From a virus: 64,000 bases of DNA. The position numbers and the translations under genes were made by a program. Of the stretch, positions 46,338-55,590 are shown one piece after another (the stretch's first letter is position 1; the number at the start of each line of letters is the position of its first letter). A model generated the notes under the pieces. It saw only the letters and a program-made list of their open reading frames with translations, did no database searches and was not told the DNA's origin. The DNA is taken from positions 1-64,000 of the IMG/VR virus record IMGVR_UViG_3300046740_000358; one strand, 5' to 3'.

Positions 46338-47088
46338 ATGGCCAAGGCACCGCGCGAGCCGACGACGTCGAAGGCGCCCAAACCTCCCAAGGCGGCGGAG
46401 CCCGTCCCCCACCTCACGAACGAGACCTTCAAGATGGAGGTCGTCCCTCGGACGAAGATCAAGCCAGCTCCGTACAACCCGCGGTCCATCACCAGCGAGG
46501 CCAAGCGCAAGTTGGGGGCTGTGATCGACTCCCTCGGGATGCTGATGCCCTTGGTCTGGAACAAGCGCTCCGGCAACCTGGTCAGCGGGCACCAGCGGCT
46601 CAACAAGCTCGGACAAGACCATGGGGTACCCGTCGAAACAGAAGGACTACACGTTGACGGTGGCGGTGGTCGACCTGGACGACGCCCACGAGCGGGCCGC
46701 CAACGCCGCGATCAACAACGCGGCCGCGCAGGGCGACTTCGACATGGAGGCGCTCGAGAACATGCTCCGCTTCCCCGGGGTCTCCGAGAACATCGAGGCC
46801 ACCGGGTGGGACCAAGCCGACGTGATGCGGCTATTCGGGTCGATGGACACGTCCAGCAGCGACGCGGCCAAGGAAGCGCAGGCGGCTGCTGACGCTGCCC
46901 GAGCGCACGCCGAGAAGTACGACGCCGAGATGCAGGCCGCCCACCAGAAGAGTTCCGACGACTTCTTCATGGTCGTCATCTTCAAGGACTCGGACGCCCG
47001 GACCGCCTTCGCCACGAAGCACGGCCTCGACGACAACCGCTACCAGTCCGCGGCGGCCTTCGAAGCGCTGATCGCCGGCGACGACTGA
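46338..47088 (+). CDS. ParB/Srx-like protein split by a +1 frameshift near 46611
   Basis: PAPYNPR.I, PLVWNKRSGNLVSGHQR in one frame; V..VDLD..E...N...NN..AQG.FD in the next; removing one G gives LDKTMGY. Confidence 0.8.
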
Positions 47089-47240
47089 TCCGGGGCCCAC
47101 GCCAGCACCGCCGCTCGGATCGCCGCGCTGACCGTCAGGCCGGCCACCGATGCCTTGCGCTTCAGGCCCTCGAGTTCGGACGGCGACAGCCGCACCCGGA
47201 CGGGTGGGATCTCGGTCCGCTTGTGGTTGGTCCTGCCCAT
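47040..47240 (-). CDS. Ribbon-helix-helix (MobC-like) protein
   Basis: VRVRLSPSE...LKRKA...GLTVS..IR. Confidence 0.7.
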   Translation of the reverse strand: MGRTNHKRTEIPPVRVRLSPSELEGLKRKASVAGLTVSAAIRAAVLAWAPDQSSPAISASKAAADW

Positions 47241-47323
47241 GTGCCGTTTTCCCGCCTCCCGCTTTGTGTGGCCACACAATCTCGCCCCTTGCGAATCCCC
47301 GCGATCGGCCCCACGTTCCCCCC

Positions 47324-47485
47324 ATGAACCTCGTAACCGTCTCGGGCCTCGTGATGCTGGTCGGTGGGCTCCTCTACTTGCTCCCGGGGGCCCCCGCTCC
47401 TGAGCGCCTGGGCCGGCTGTCGACCATGGGGCTGGTCATGTTCGGGGTGGGGTTGTTCTCGCTGCTCGTCCGCGCTTGGCGCTGA
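47324..47485 (+). CDS. Small two-TM membrane protein, leaderless
   Basis: TTGCGA-17-CACGTT-6-ATG; two hydrophobic helices. Confidence 0.6.
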   Translation: MNLVTVSGLVMLVGGLLYLLPGAPAPERLGRLSTMGLVMFGVGLFSLLVRAWR

Positions 47486-47810
47486 CGCCGTTCGCCCGGC
47501 ACATCGCCTCGACGCTCGGGTAGAGCGCGTGCCCCCCGTCGCTCACCACCTCCAGCGCGGCGGCCGCCTCCCCGTCCGTGAGCACCTTCATCCGCAGGGC
47601 GATCGACGGCAGCCCGCGCGCCCTCTGGTCCAGCAGCCATCCCGCGCAGAACCCGCGCTCGGCGTCGGGCAACCCGCCTTGCTTGTGGCAAGCGTAGGTG
47701 GCTACGATCTGGTCGGCCTCGGTCTCCAGCAGGCGTTCGAATTCCTCCCGGTCCCACAACTTCCTCGGCGCGTCCTTGCGGTACGGGCAGTTCTCACAGG
47801 GGGTCTTCAT
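47436..47810 (-). CDS. DUF6283-like Cys-rich protein
   Basis: PC.NCPYR.D.P..LW..EE..RL, ACH, CAGW, LY.S. Confidence 0.7.
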   Translation of the reverse strand: MKTPCENCPYRKDAPRKLWDREEFERLLETEADQIVATYACHKQGGLPDAERGFCAGWLLDQRARGLPSIALRMKVLTDGEAAAALEVVSDGGHALYPSVEAMCRANGVSAKRGRAARTTPPRT

Positions 47811-47818
47811 GTGGGCTC

Positions 47819-48205
47819 TCACGGTGCGGGCTCCACGTAGGGCTCGTCGAAGTCGAGCCAAGTATCAGCGCCTGCCGCAATGCTGACCACCCCGATACCG
47901 TGGGCCGCGCAGAAGGCATCAGCCGCTTGCAGGATGGCCGACCGTCTCTCCTGCGCTCTGTAGCCGTATCGGTAGCCTGCCTCGGCCGCCATCAGCACCA
48001 AGTCGATGGTGTTGGTTTCCCGGTCCGTGGTCCAGCAGCGCCGGCACAGCCGAGGGCGTTCGGTCACCCGGATCGGGATGCCGCACGCCCTGCAGGTCCC
48101 GTTCGGCGTGTTCGCCTTCACCTCGGCCCACGCCAAGCGCTCGTCCTTCAGCTTGGCGCGCGCGGCCGCCCTCTCCTGGCAGTGGGGGCACTTGGGGCAA
48201 CTCAT
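47819..48205 (-). CDS. Zinc-finger hypothetical protein
   Basis: Multiple CxxC. Confidence 0.55.
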   Translation of the reverse strand: MSCPKCPHCQERAAARAKLKDERLAWAEVKANTPNGTCRACGIPIRVTERPRLCRRCWTTDRETNTIDLVLMAAEAGYRYGYRAQERRSAILQAADAFCAAHGIGVVSIAAGADTWLDFDEPYVEPAP

Positions 48206-48208
48206 GGC

Positions 48209-48958
48209 TCAGAACCGATCCGGCTCGAGGGCAGCGGGCTCCGCCTCGCCCGGCGATTGCTCCCCGGGCAAGTCCGGCATGCTCGGGTCCACCTCCCGCA
48301 CCAGCGCCGCGATCCCCTTGGTGACCGCCTCGTCAGCCCCGGCCGACTGGGCCAGCGTCTGCGCGATCCTCGTCACGCAGTAGGCGTTCGCGTGGTACCC
48401 CCGGCGTGTGAACTTCAGCAGGCGCAGCATGGTGCCGCCGGCGGTGTTGCCGGCAGGCGCCATGAAGCGCAGCCGCTTGGCCGCCATGTCGACGTAGAAG
48501 CGCGGGTCGCAGACCGAGAGCCACTGCCCTGCGGCGGCGTCGCACCAGATGGCGGCGCGCGCGATCGTGAAGTCGAACGATTCGATCAACTTCCTCGGGT
48601 CGTCGAACGTCCACTTCGTGATGAACTGGATCATCAGTTCGCCGCGGGCGGTGAGGGAGATCGCGTTGTCGGTCTCGGTCCGTCGGTACTCGATAGGCCG
48701 CGCCTCGTCCTCGAGCGCGGTGCACACCAGCTTTCCAGCCATCACGGTGGCGGCGACCTCATTCGCGCAGAACACGTCGACGTCGGAGGGCTTCTCGTTC
48801 GCGATCACCGTGCGGATGAACCCGCCGGCCACCACCAGCGGGGTGGTGCGGTTCTTGTCGGTCATCATCCAGCGCAACTTCGACGGCAGGCGGCGCGCGA
48901 TGCGCTCCACGTCGTCGGGGTCAAGTTCGGTCGTTTCCATCGTCGCCCTTTCGCTCAT
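48209..48958 (-). CDS. Nucleotidyltransferase (CCA/poly(A) polymerase head-like)
   Basis: VAGG.IR...DVDVF; FDFT; RL.KF..RGY. Confidence 0.8.
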   Translation of the reverse strand: MSERATMETTELDPDDVERIARRLPSKLRWMMTDKNRTTPLVVAGGFIRTVIANEKPSDVDVFCANEVAATVMAGKLVCTALEDEARPIEYRRTETDNAISLTARGELMIQFITKWTFDDPRKLIESFDFTIARAAIWCDAAAGQWLSVCDPRFYVDMAAKRLRFMAPAGNTAGGTMLRLLKFTRRGYHANAYCVTRIAQTLAQSAGADEAVTKGIAALVREVDPSMPDLPGEQSPGEAEPAALEPDRF

Positions 48959-49416
48959 GGTCCCTCGATCTCCCCTCGGTACGTCCACAGCCCGAGCTGC
49001 CCGCGGACTGGAATCGGCGTCTTGAACAGCCGGGGTTTGGCCAACTCCCAAGCGAACCGGCCTAGCGTGAAGTCTCCCCACCCGAGGTGGTCTGTCCACT
49101 TGATGGCGCCGGCGGGTCGGCAGGCCACGAGGTCGACCGCGCCGAGGATGCAGCCCAGTCCCAGGGATTCGTTCTCGGTGAGTTCGCGGAACCTGCGCGC
49201 CAGCGCCGAGTCGTTTGTCCCCGTGTCTATCGCGGCGAACGGCGCGCCGTTGCGGACGCCATTCCGGATGACCGAGAAGTCCACCGCCTTCCCCGCGTGG
49301 ATCAGCAGCGGGCCGCGGTACTTCGTTGGCCAGGACCGCGTCTCGAAGCGCTTCAGCCCGGCGAAGATGGCGGCCACGTGGGGTTGCTTGATCGTGATGG
49401 TCTTGTGTTCGGTCAT
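48955..49416 (-). CDS. ASCH-domain protein
   Basis: ITIKQP.....G.K.FETRSW.T.YRG.L.IHAG; P.RG.LGLW. Confidence 0.9.
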   Translation of the reverse strand: MTEHKTITIKQPHVAAIFAGLKRFETRSWPTKYRGPLLIHAGKAVDFSVIRNGVRNGAPFAAIDTGTNDSALARRFRELTENESLGLGCILGAVDLVACRPAGAIKWTDHLGWGDFTLGRFAWELAKPRLFKTPIPVRGQLGLWTYRGEIEGP

Positions 49417-49706
49417 CGGAACCTCCGGATCGTCCTGTCACGCCACACCTCCGGCTCGCGCTCCATCGCTTGGCCGCCGTACCGCGCCAGAAAGTCCGCC
49501 CGCCACGTTGCCCGCTTGCGCCGCGCCGCCGCTACGACGCGCCTATTCCAGGCCAGCGACAGGAGGGCGATACCAGCCGTGAATGCCTCGTGGTGGGTGG
49601 CCAGCGCCATCCCGTGCGCGGCCAGCCACGCCAGTCCGTACAGTTCTGCCCCGACGATCGCCAAGCAGACGGCGAATCCGATCAGGAACAACCCGAGGCG
49701 TATCAC
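49413..49706 (-). CDS. Membrane protein
   Basis: Two TM segments; coupled. Confidence 0.6.
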   Translation of the reverse strand: MIRLGLFLIGFAVCLAIVGAELYGLAWLAAHGMALATHHEAFTAGIALLSLAWNRRVVAAARRKRATWRADFLARYGGQAMEREPEVWRDRTIRRFR

Positions 49707-50035
49707 CGCATCCTCGACATCTGGAGGCGGTATGCCTCCTCTTTCCATCCGTCGTCTGTGTCCACGTATCTCGGCGTCGGCCTGACCTTCGGCAGGACGG
49801 GGACCTCGGCCGTCACCTCGGCGCGCGGTTTGCGCTCGAGCTCGCGCGCCAGCAGGCCCATCACCCGTTCGACCTCTTCGGGCGTCGCCTTGTACACCAC
49901 CAAGGAGCGGCGGACCCAGTCCAGAGCCTTGTCACGCGCTCCGCACATCCACGCGGACTGAGTCCCCCACGTGACGTTGTAGCCGTTGCCGCCACCGGGG
50001 GAGCGCTCGATGACGATGACCACGGCCTGGGTCAT
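49703..50035 (-). CDS. Hypothetical protein
   Basis: Coupled ORF. Confidence 0.55.
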   Translation of the reverse strand: MTQAVVIVIERSPGGGNGYNVTWGTQSAWMCGARDKALDWVRRSLVVYKATPEEVERVMGLLARELERKPRAEVTAEVPVLPKVRPTPRYVDTDDGWKEEAYRLQMSRMR

Positions 50036-50238
50036 CCGTGCACCAAGTTCGTCACGAGCGTATTCCAGTCGAGCCCCTGGTTGACGACCAACGCTTGAAA
50101 CGCCGCCTCCCCGTAGGGCTCCGCGTGGCCATTGGCTGCGGCCTGGCGGTTTGCCGCCTCCATTCCTATCGCCTCGATCATTCCCGCTGCGGCCTGAGCG
50201 ATGACCATCGCTGCCTTCTTCGCGTCGGGGCAATCCAT
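50032..50238 (-). CDS. Hypothetical protein
   Basis: Coupled ORF (AGMIEAIGM.AAN...Y.E.AF). Confidence 0.6.
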   Translation of the reverse strand: MDCPDAKKAAMVIAQAAAGMIEAIGMEAANRQAAANGHAEPYGEAAFQALVVNQGLDWNTLVTNLVHG

Positions 50239-50525
50239 CAGGCCACCATCCCCGCCGCCCGCGCGACCACCTGGGTTGCCAACTCCACGAGGTGCGCGCT
50301 CGCCTTCTGCAAGTCCTCGGCGGCGCACGAGATGCACAGCAGCCCCCCGCGCTTCGTCACCACCACCGCGAGTTCGTCGCAGCAGGCGCAGACGGCCGTC
50401 CCCTCGCGACAGCCAGCGTGGCACTCCTCGACGACCTCCTCCGTGTTCGGGTCTCCCGGGCCCAGGACGCCGACGTCGAACACCACCTCCCCGCGTCCCT
50501 CACATTCGCTGCATTCAATCGGCAT
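50238..50525 (-). CDS. Cys-rich zinc-finger protein (CxxCxGxG)
   Basis: CSECEGRG and further CxxC. Confidence 0.6.
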   Translation of the reverse strand: MPIECSECEGRGEVVFDVGVLGPGDPNTEEVVEECHAGCREGTAVCACCDELAVVVTKRGGLLCISCAAEDLQKASAHLVELATQVVARAAGMVA

Positions 50526-50528
50526 GGC

Positions 50529-50783
50529 TCACCCCCTGACGTTCGTTACCCGCTTCATCGGCGCAGGCACCGGGCCGCGCTCCAAGCGCTCCCGGATCAC
50601 CTCGGCCCGCGTGGTCTTGCGCCTCTCGGCGTCGGCGTCGATTTCCTCGAGGAGATCGCTCGACAGCCGCGTGTGGATCGGCGTCATCTTCGGCGTCTTC
50701 TCCCGCAGGAGTTCCGCCAGCGTGATTCCGCGTCGCCTCGCCTCGGCGGACAGCGCGGCATCCAGGTCGGTTGTCTTGCCCAT
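50529..50783 (-). CDS. CopG/RHH protein
   Basis: IHTRLS..LL..ID..A.....TRAEVIR..L; SD GGGGAG. Confidence 0.75.
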   Translation of the reverse strand: MGKTTDLDAALSAEARRRGITLAELLREKTPKMTPIHTRLSSDLLEEIDADAERRKTTRAEVIRERLERGPVPAPMKRVTNVRG

Positions 50784-50878
50784 GGCTACGTGCTCCCCGT
50801 GTTGTGCATCCCGTGTATCTATCACGACGATACCCGTCCTGCCAATACCGCCAAGAGGAGGGGCTTGGTGGCGGGCAT

Positions 50879-51121
50879 CTAGCGGTGTCCCCTGTCTGCC
50901 TGGATCTGACGCGCGGCTTTCGCGGCGGCTTCGCGCGCGTCGAACACGTCGACCTCACGCCCGGTGACCGTCGTGTGCAGGCCATTCGACCAGCGGACCC
51001 GCGCTCCCGCCTGGTCGACGGACACTACGACGCCGGAATCCGCGTCGTAGCCGTCGCCCACCCCTGGGCGAGTCGCGACCCAATTGCCAGCCTTGATCTC
51101 GATACCCGCGTGGTTGGTCAT
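50879..51121 (-). CDS. Small SH3-like hypothetical protein
   Basis: SD GGAGGT. Confidence 0.55.
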   Translation of the reverse strand: MTNHAGIEIKAGNWVATRPGVGDGYDADSGVVVSVDQAGARVRWSNGLHTTVTGREVDVFDAREAAAKAARQIQADRGHR

Positions 51122-51123
51122 GG

Positions 51124-51444
51124 CTACGCGACCTCCGTGATTCTTGCGTGTTCGTTGCGGCAACGGATTCCGCCCGGTCCGACGCCGTGCTGCTGAATCG
51201 CCTCAATCGGCGAGAATGCGCAGCCTAGGCAAACGAACCTGTGATCGGATATCGCAACGGTCAACGCCGTCGTCTCGTGCTCACCGTTCTCGGAGCAGCA
51301 GCCCCGACGAAACACCCCCTGGGAGTCCTCTCCTACTCCACGCGATCCACAGTTGGTGCACGGCTCAGCGGCGAGCAACTGCACACCGGGGAGCAGAGGT
51401 CGCAGCGACAGGATGCCGATCAGGTCTCTATTCGAAGCGTTCAT
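51124..51444 (-). CDS. Cys-rich hypothetical protein
   Basis: SD AAGGAG. Confidence 0.55.
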   Translation of the reverse strand: MNASNRDLIGILSLRPLLPGVQLLAAEPCTNCGSRGVGEDSQGVFRRGCCSENGEHETTALTVAISDHRFVCLGCAFSPIEAIQQHGVGPGGIRCRNEHARITEVA

Positions 51445-51507
51445 GGTGGGTCTCCTTGTTTCCGTCGGGCTCAACCTCCCGACGCTTTGGGTTAGTTGGT
51501 TGTGGGA

Positions 51508-53451
51508 CTAGCCTCGGCCGTTGATTACGACCATGGCCACGCGAACGTCGGTGCCTTCGCTGCGAAACGATCCCGGGGGGAGTGGGCGGTACGAACCGCC
51601 GCACTCCTCAATCAGCGGCGCGAACGCCTCGCGACGCCCGGGCCCGTCGGCGCAGAGCGCGACCAGCCGGCCGTCGGGCTTGAGGAACGTATGCGCGTGA
51701 AGAATGTGCGCGATGTCCGCGCCCCGCACGAACGGGGGGTTCATGACGACCCGATCAAACCGTGCCAGCGCCATGCCTCCGCCGGACACGCCGACGCTCG
51801 TGCTCAGGAAGTCCTCGACCACCACCGTTACGGCAAGGTGCCTCGGCAGCGCATGCGCAACGCTCGCGTTGATCTCGACGGCTACCACCTCGGCGGCCTG
51901 CCCTCCGCCCGTGCGCGCTTGCTCGGCGTCGCCGATGGCCTCGAGGATTCGTCCCGTGCCCGCGCTGGGCTCGAGGACACGCATCCCCGGCCCGATGTCC
52001 GCGATCTCGACCATCCGCGCGGCCAGGGGGGCGGGGGTCGGGAACAACTGCGGCGCGCTGACCACCGTGACGCCGGCCTTCATGGACTGCTCGATGGCCT
52101 TGAACGGTGCGGCGGCGGCGTCCCGCTCGGCGCGGGCTGGCGCGGTCGCTGCGCGGTCTGCGGCGCGCTGTTCCAAGCGGGCCAACTCCTCGCGCGCCGC
52201 GCGGTCAACTTCACGCGCATGGTGATCGGCGCGCATCTTGGCTTCCTCGGCGCCCGGCTTGTCGTGCTTCTTTGAGTCGGTCAGATAGACGGCCGACTGC
52301 CCGTAGCCTACGCCGCTCACCTCAACGGCAGCGGCGCCACGCGCGGCCATGATGCGGCGCAAGGGGGAGTTGCAGACGATTCGGATCCGGTGCGTGCGGC
52401 ACTCTGACAGCCGCGTGCCCTTGTAACTCGGGTCGACCTTGGCCAACTCCGCCTTGGTGACGCCGATCGCCGGCTCGCGGACAACGTCGCGGCCATACAG
52501 ATACGCCACCTCGCCCGAGTAGTTGAGGATCGGCAGGTCTGACTTGGTCTTCGGCTTTGGGGGCGGCGTCCACCCGGACTCCCCCAGCATGGTGCGCTCG
52601 TACGCGATGCGGTTCGTCAAGTGCTCGATCCACCGATTCGTGCTGGACTCCGGGTCCAGCGTTCGCCCAGCGTTCGCCAGCACGGAAGCGGCGGCCCACT
52701 TCTCGTCAACGATCCCGTCTTCCAGCGCCGACCACAGGCTCATGTCCCCTTCGTACTGCGATGCGGGGGGCTGGCGGGGGAACTCGGCCAGCGGAAAGCG
52801 TCGCGAGAAGTGGTTCATGTTTGCCAGCGCCAGCGCCTGGGCCTTGGTCAAGCCCTCTTGCGACCACGCCTTGACCGTCGCCTCGGCCTTGGCAATCGCT
52901 CGCTGGTACCCGCGGAGCTCGGCCTCGAGGGTCTTGATCCGCCGCGCCCGGACGGCCGGGAGTTCCTTGTATTCGGCGTGCGCCAGCGCGGCGGCAGCTC
53001 GGCCCGTCCAGTAGGTCGACGTCTTCCACATCTTCACGGCCTTGGCCATGCCGCTCTGAATCCGTTCGGCGTCCTTCCGGGCCTTCCGCTCGGAGTGGTG
53101 ACCGACAAGGATCGGCTGCCCGAACTCGAACCGCTTGGACACCTGTTCGACCTGGCGGCGGGCCCCGTCGGCATCCGCCGCGCGGCGCTCGCTGTAGCCG
53201 TCGAACCGATCCGCGCGTGCCTCGGCTCGCTCGGCCAAAGTGGTGCTCTCGTCTTCGAGATCGTCTTGCCCCGACAGTTCGAGTGCCAGATCTTCGCGGG
53301 CGGGCGACCACACCGCATAGAAAACCTCCTGCTTGGGTGCCCACCCGTATCCCAGCGCCTTGACCCGCTGGTAGGTCTCGGTGTCGAGCTTCGCGCTGGC
53401 GCTGATTCGGATCTTGTCGTCGGCGGGGTCGTACGTTGCTGAAATGATCAT
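51508..53451 (-). CDS. DUF3560 domain + SAM-dependent (amino) methyltransferase
   Basis: ATY.P.D.K.R, GQPILVGHHSE..AR; C-terminal LFPTP, VLEPSAGTG, MNPPF. Confidence 0.9.
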   Translation of the reverse strand: MIISATYDPADDKIRISASAKLDTETYQRVKALGYGWAPKQEVFYAVWSPAREDLALELSGQDDLEDESTTLAERAEARADRFDGYSERRAADADGARRQVEQVSKRFEFGQPILVGHHSERKARKDAERIQSGMAKAVKMWKTSTYWTGRAAAALAHAEYKELPAVRARRIKTLEAELRGYQRAIAKAEATVKAWSQEGLTKAQALALANMNHFSRRFPLAEFPRQPPASQYEGDMSLWSALEDGIVDEKWAAASVLANAGRTLDPESSTNRWIEHLTNRIAYERTMLGESGWTPPPKPKTKSDLPILNYSGEVAYLYGRDVVREPAIGVTKAELAKVDPSYKGTRLSECRTHRIRIVCNSPLRRIMAARGAAAVEVSGVGYGQSAVYLTDSKKHDKPGAEEAKMRADHHAREVDRAAREELARLEQRAADRAATAPARAERDAAAAPFKAIEQSMKAGVTVVSAPQLFPTPAPLAARMVEIADIGPGMRVLEPSAGTGRILEAIGDAEQARTGGGQAAEVVAVEINASVAHALPRHLAVTVVVEDFLSTSVGVSGGGMALARFDRVVMNPPFVRGADIAHILHAHTFLKPDGRLVALCADGPGRREAFAPLIEECGGSYRPLPPGSFRSEGTDVRVAMVVINGRG

Positions 53452-53642
53452 GAAAGCCTCGCGATCGTGAGAAACGCCGCCGCTGCGGCGTGGAGTCGTT
53501 GGTTGCTGTGCGGCTGCGGACAGAAAACATCGTGCCCGCCTGTCAACACCTGGATAACCTCCGTCGCGGCGGCGTGGTTCGCCTCCAAGGCTTCTCCTGC
53601 GATCTTCAATACCCACGCCTCAAGCTGCGCACGCGGCATCAT
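53448..53642 (-). CDS. Hypothetical protein
   Basis: Coupled ORF. Confidence 0.5.
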   Translation of the reverse strand: MMPRAQLEAWVLKIAGEALEANHAAATEVIQVLTGGHDVFCPQPHSNQRLHAAAAAFLTIARLS

Positions 53643-53672
53643 GAAATCACCTCGGCTAGTTCTCGGCGCGCG

Positions 53673-54086
53673 TCATTGTGACACCGCTTCGAAGATCTCC
53701 AACAACTCGGCCCGCACCGCCTCCAGCCGTTGGAGCCGCGATCGGTGTTGGTCGCGCGCCATGGGGAACGCCGTGTCGCCGAGGGGGTAGTAGTCGCGCG
53801 CGTTCGGCGAGCACTCGGCCACCGCGTCGATCGCCAGCCGGACCGCGCCCTCGGCCTTCGCCAATTGCGATTCAAGCTCGTCGCGCGACGTGCCGTTGAG
53901 ATGGACCATCGGCGCGATCCCGCCCACCGGCATTCCCGACCCGTCGACGACGTAATAGGTGTCTCCGGTTGATGCCGCCATCCGCCCCGCCATCGCGCGA
54001 GCTTCTCCCAGATCCGTCGACTCGTGGACCGTCCTATCGCCGCGCTGGCGATTCCCGCGCTTCACGAAGTATTCGCCCGTTAGCAT
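53673..54086 (-). CDS. Hypothetical protein
   Basis: SD GGAGGT; P.VHLNGTS...P.ARDYYP. Confidence 0.65.
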   Translation of the reverse strand: MLTGEYFVKRGNRQRGDRTVHESTDLGEARAMAGRMAASTGDTYYVVDGSGMPVGGIAPMVHLNGTSRDELESQLAKAEGAVRLAIDAVAECSPNARDYYPLGDTAFPMARDQHRSRLQRLEAVRAELLEIFEAVSQ

Positions 54087-54502
54087 TTCTCGACCTCCGA
54101 ACACGTCGGACGGTGGAACCGCTCGCCGCCGCACTTCGTGCAGGCATAGCCGCCGACTACGCCGCAGATCGTGCAAGACCCCGTCTCGTCCACGCCACCC
54201 GCTACCGCGCAGTCCCCATCTGTGGTGTGCTGGACCGTCGCGGGGACCTCGGTGGTCGCCAATTGGTGACCGCACGCGCCGCATCGATAGCCGACGACGT
54301 GACAGATGTCTGCGCACGTTTCGGTTTCTTCGTAATCCCATTCCAACGGCTCGGCGCTATTCACCGTGATGTCCTGAGATGCGCCGATTAGTTGCTCCTC
54401 CACGAGATCTGATCCGATCACGTCGATGCCACACCCCGGGCACGTGTCCGGGAGTTCCATCTCCACCTCGGTAACGGTGACCTTGTCCATCTTGATCTTC
54501 AT
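54080..54502 (-). CDS. Cys-rich zinc-binding protein
   Basis: SD AAGGAG; several CxxC. Confidence 0.65.
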   Translation of the reverse strand: MKIKMDKVTVTEVEMELPDTCPGCGIDVIGSDLVEEQLIGASQDITVNSAEPLEWDYEETETCADICHVVGYRCGACGHQLATTEVPATVQHTTDGDCAVAGGVDETGSCTICGVVGGYACTKCGGERFHRPTCSEVEKC

Positions 54503-54589
54503 GATCGGTGTCTCCTTAGTTCCTTTCGTGGTCTCGTCAGTACGCGCGTCACGCGCAGACCGGGGGCCTGCCCCTCCCGGTTTCGACCT

Positions 54590-55570
54590 TTACGCGGTTG
54601 CCCGCTGCTCTTCCTCTCCCTCGTCCGGCACCATCTCCACACAGTCGTACGGGTGATCGGCGTCCGGACTCGGATCCATCGCGTCGGCGTCCAGCGCTTT
54701 TTGAAGCGCGGCCCCGTCGATGAATTCCGCTTCAAAGATGTGAGTCACCTGGAACAGTTTGGCAATTTCCAAGTGAAACGCATTGTTACCAGGCGCCTTC
54801 TCCTTTCGCAGTAGCAGCACCACCCCCGACGCGCTTTTCGTGACGTTCACAACGTGCGCCGCTACATCCGCCAACGTCTGAGCCGTTCGGTAGCGCGTCC
54901 CGAACCGAGTCCGAAGCGAGTTTGACGACCAACCCTTGCGAGCTAGCGTGTTCGCCCGCGTATCCACGATCGCGGTGATGCCCAGCGCGGCAACGATCCG
55001 ATCCAAGTGCTCGGGGAGCATCCCCTCATAGCCGATCGTGAAGACGGCCCGCGACAGACCGAAAAGCGGATCGGTCGGCGCGTCCTGCGGAACATCCGCC
55101 ACAACAGCCGCGCGCGGTATCACCGCAAGCTCGGTTGACGGCTCGGCAACCACGTCGATCGCGCCCTTGCGCTTGCGCGATGCCTTTGTCGGCGTCTCGA
55201 TCGGCACCACTTCCGGCCCAGACGTCGGCACCATGTCCGCCAGCGCGACCGGCGCCGATGCCTTGATCTCCCACGTCCCGATCGCGTCCGGCGCATGTAG
55301 CGCGTCGCGCACCTCCGTCATCGTCGCTACGGCCTTTGACCCATCCGACATGACCCGCCAAACCACCTGCCCACCGATCGGCGCCTTTAACCAGTCGAGC
55401 AATTCCTTACGCGCCCAGCCGAGACGCCGTGCCCGTGCCGTCATTGCCTCGTCCGTCTCGTTTTCCCCTCGGCGGAGATTGTCCACGCGGATCGTAGCTG
55501 TCATCCCATCGTCCAGCATTTCGTATGCCGCGACCGTCGGCGGACCCTGAACCTTCTTTGCTCGCTTCAT
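54590..55570 (-). CDS. Protein with C-terminal DUF488-like domain
   Basis: VFTIGYEG...GI..IVD.R....RKG.S...L. Confidence 0.7.
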   Translation of the reverse strand: MKRAKKVQGPPTVAAYEMLDDGMTATIRVDNLRRGENETDEAMTARARRLGWARKELLDWLKAPIGGQVVWRVMSDGSKAVATMTEVRDALHAPDAIGTWEIKASAPVALADMVPTSGPEVVPIETPTKASRKRKGAIDVVAEPSTELAVIPRAAVVADVPQDAPTDPLFGLSRAVFTIGYEGMLPEHLDRIVAALGITAIVDTRANTLARKGWSSNSLRTRFGTRYRTAQTLADVAAHVVNVTKSASGVVLLLRKEKAPGNNAFHLEIAKLFQVTHIFEAEFIDGAALQKALDADAMDPSPDADHPYDCVEMVPDEGEEEQRATA

Positions 55571-55590
55571 CTTGAATTCCCCTTTCTGTT

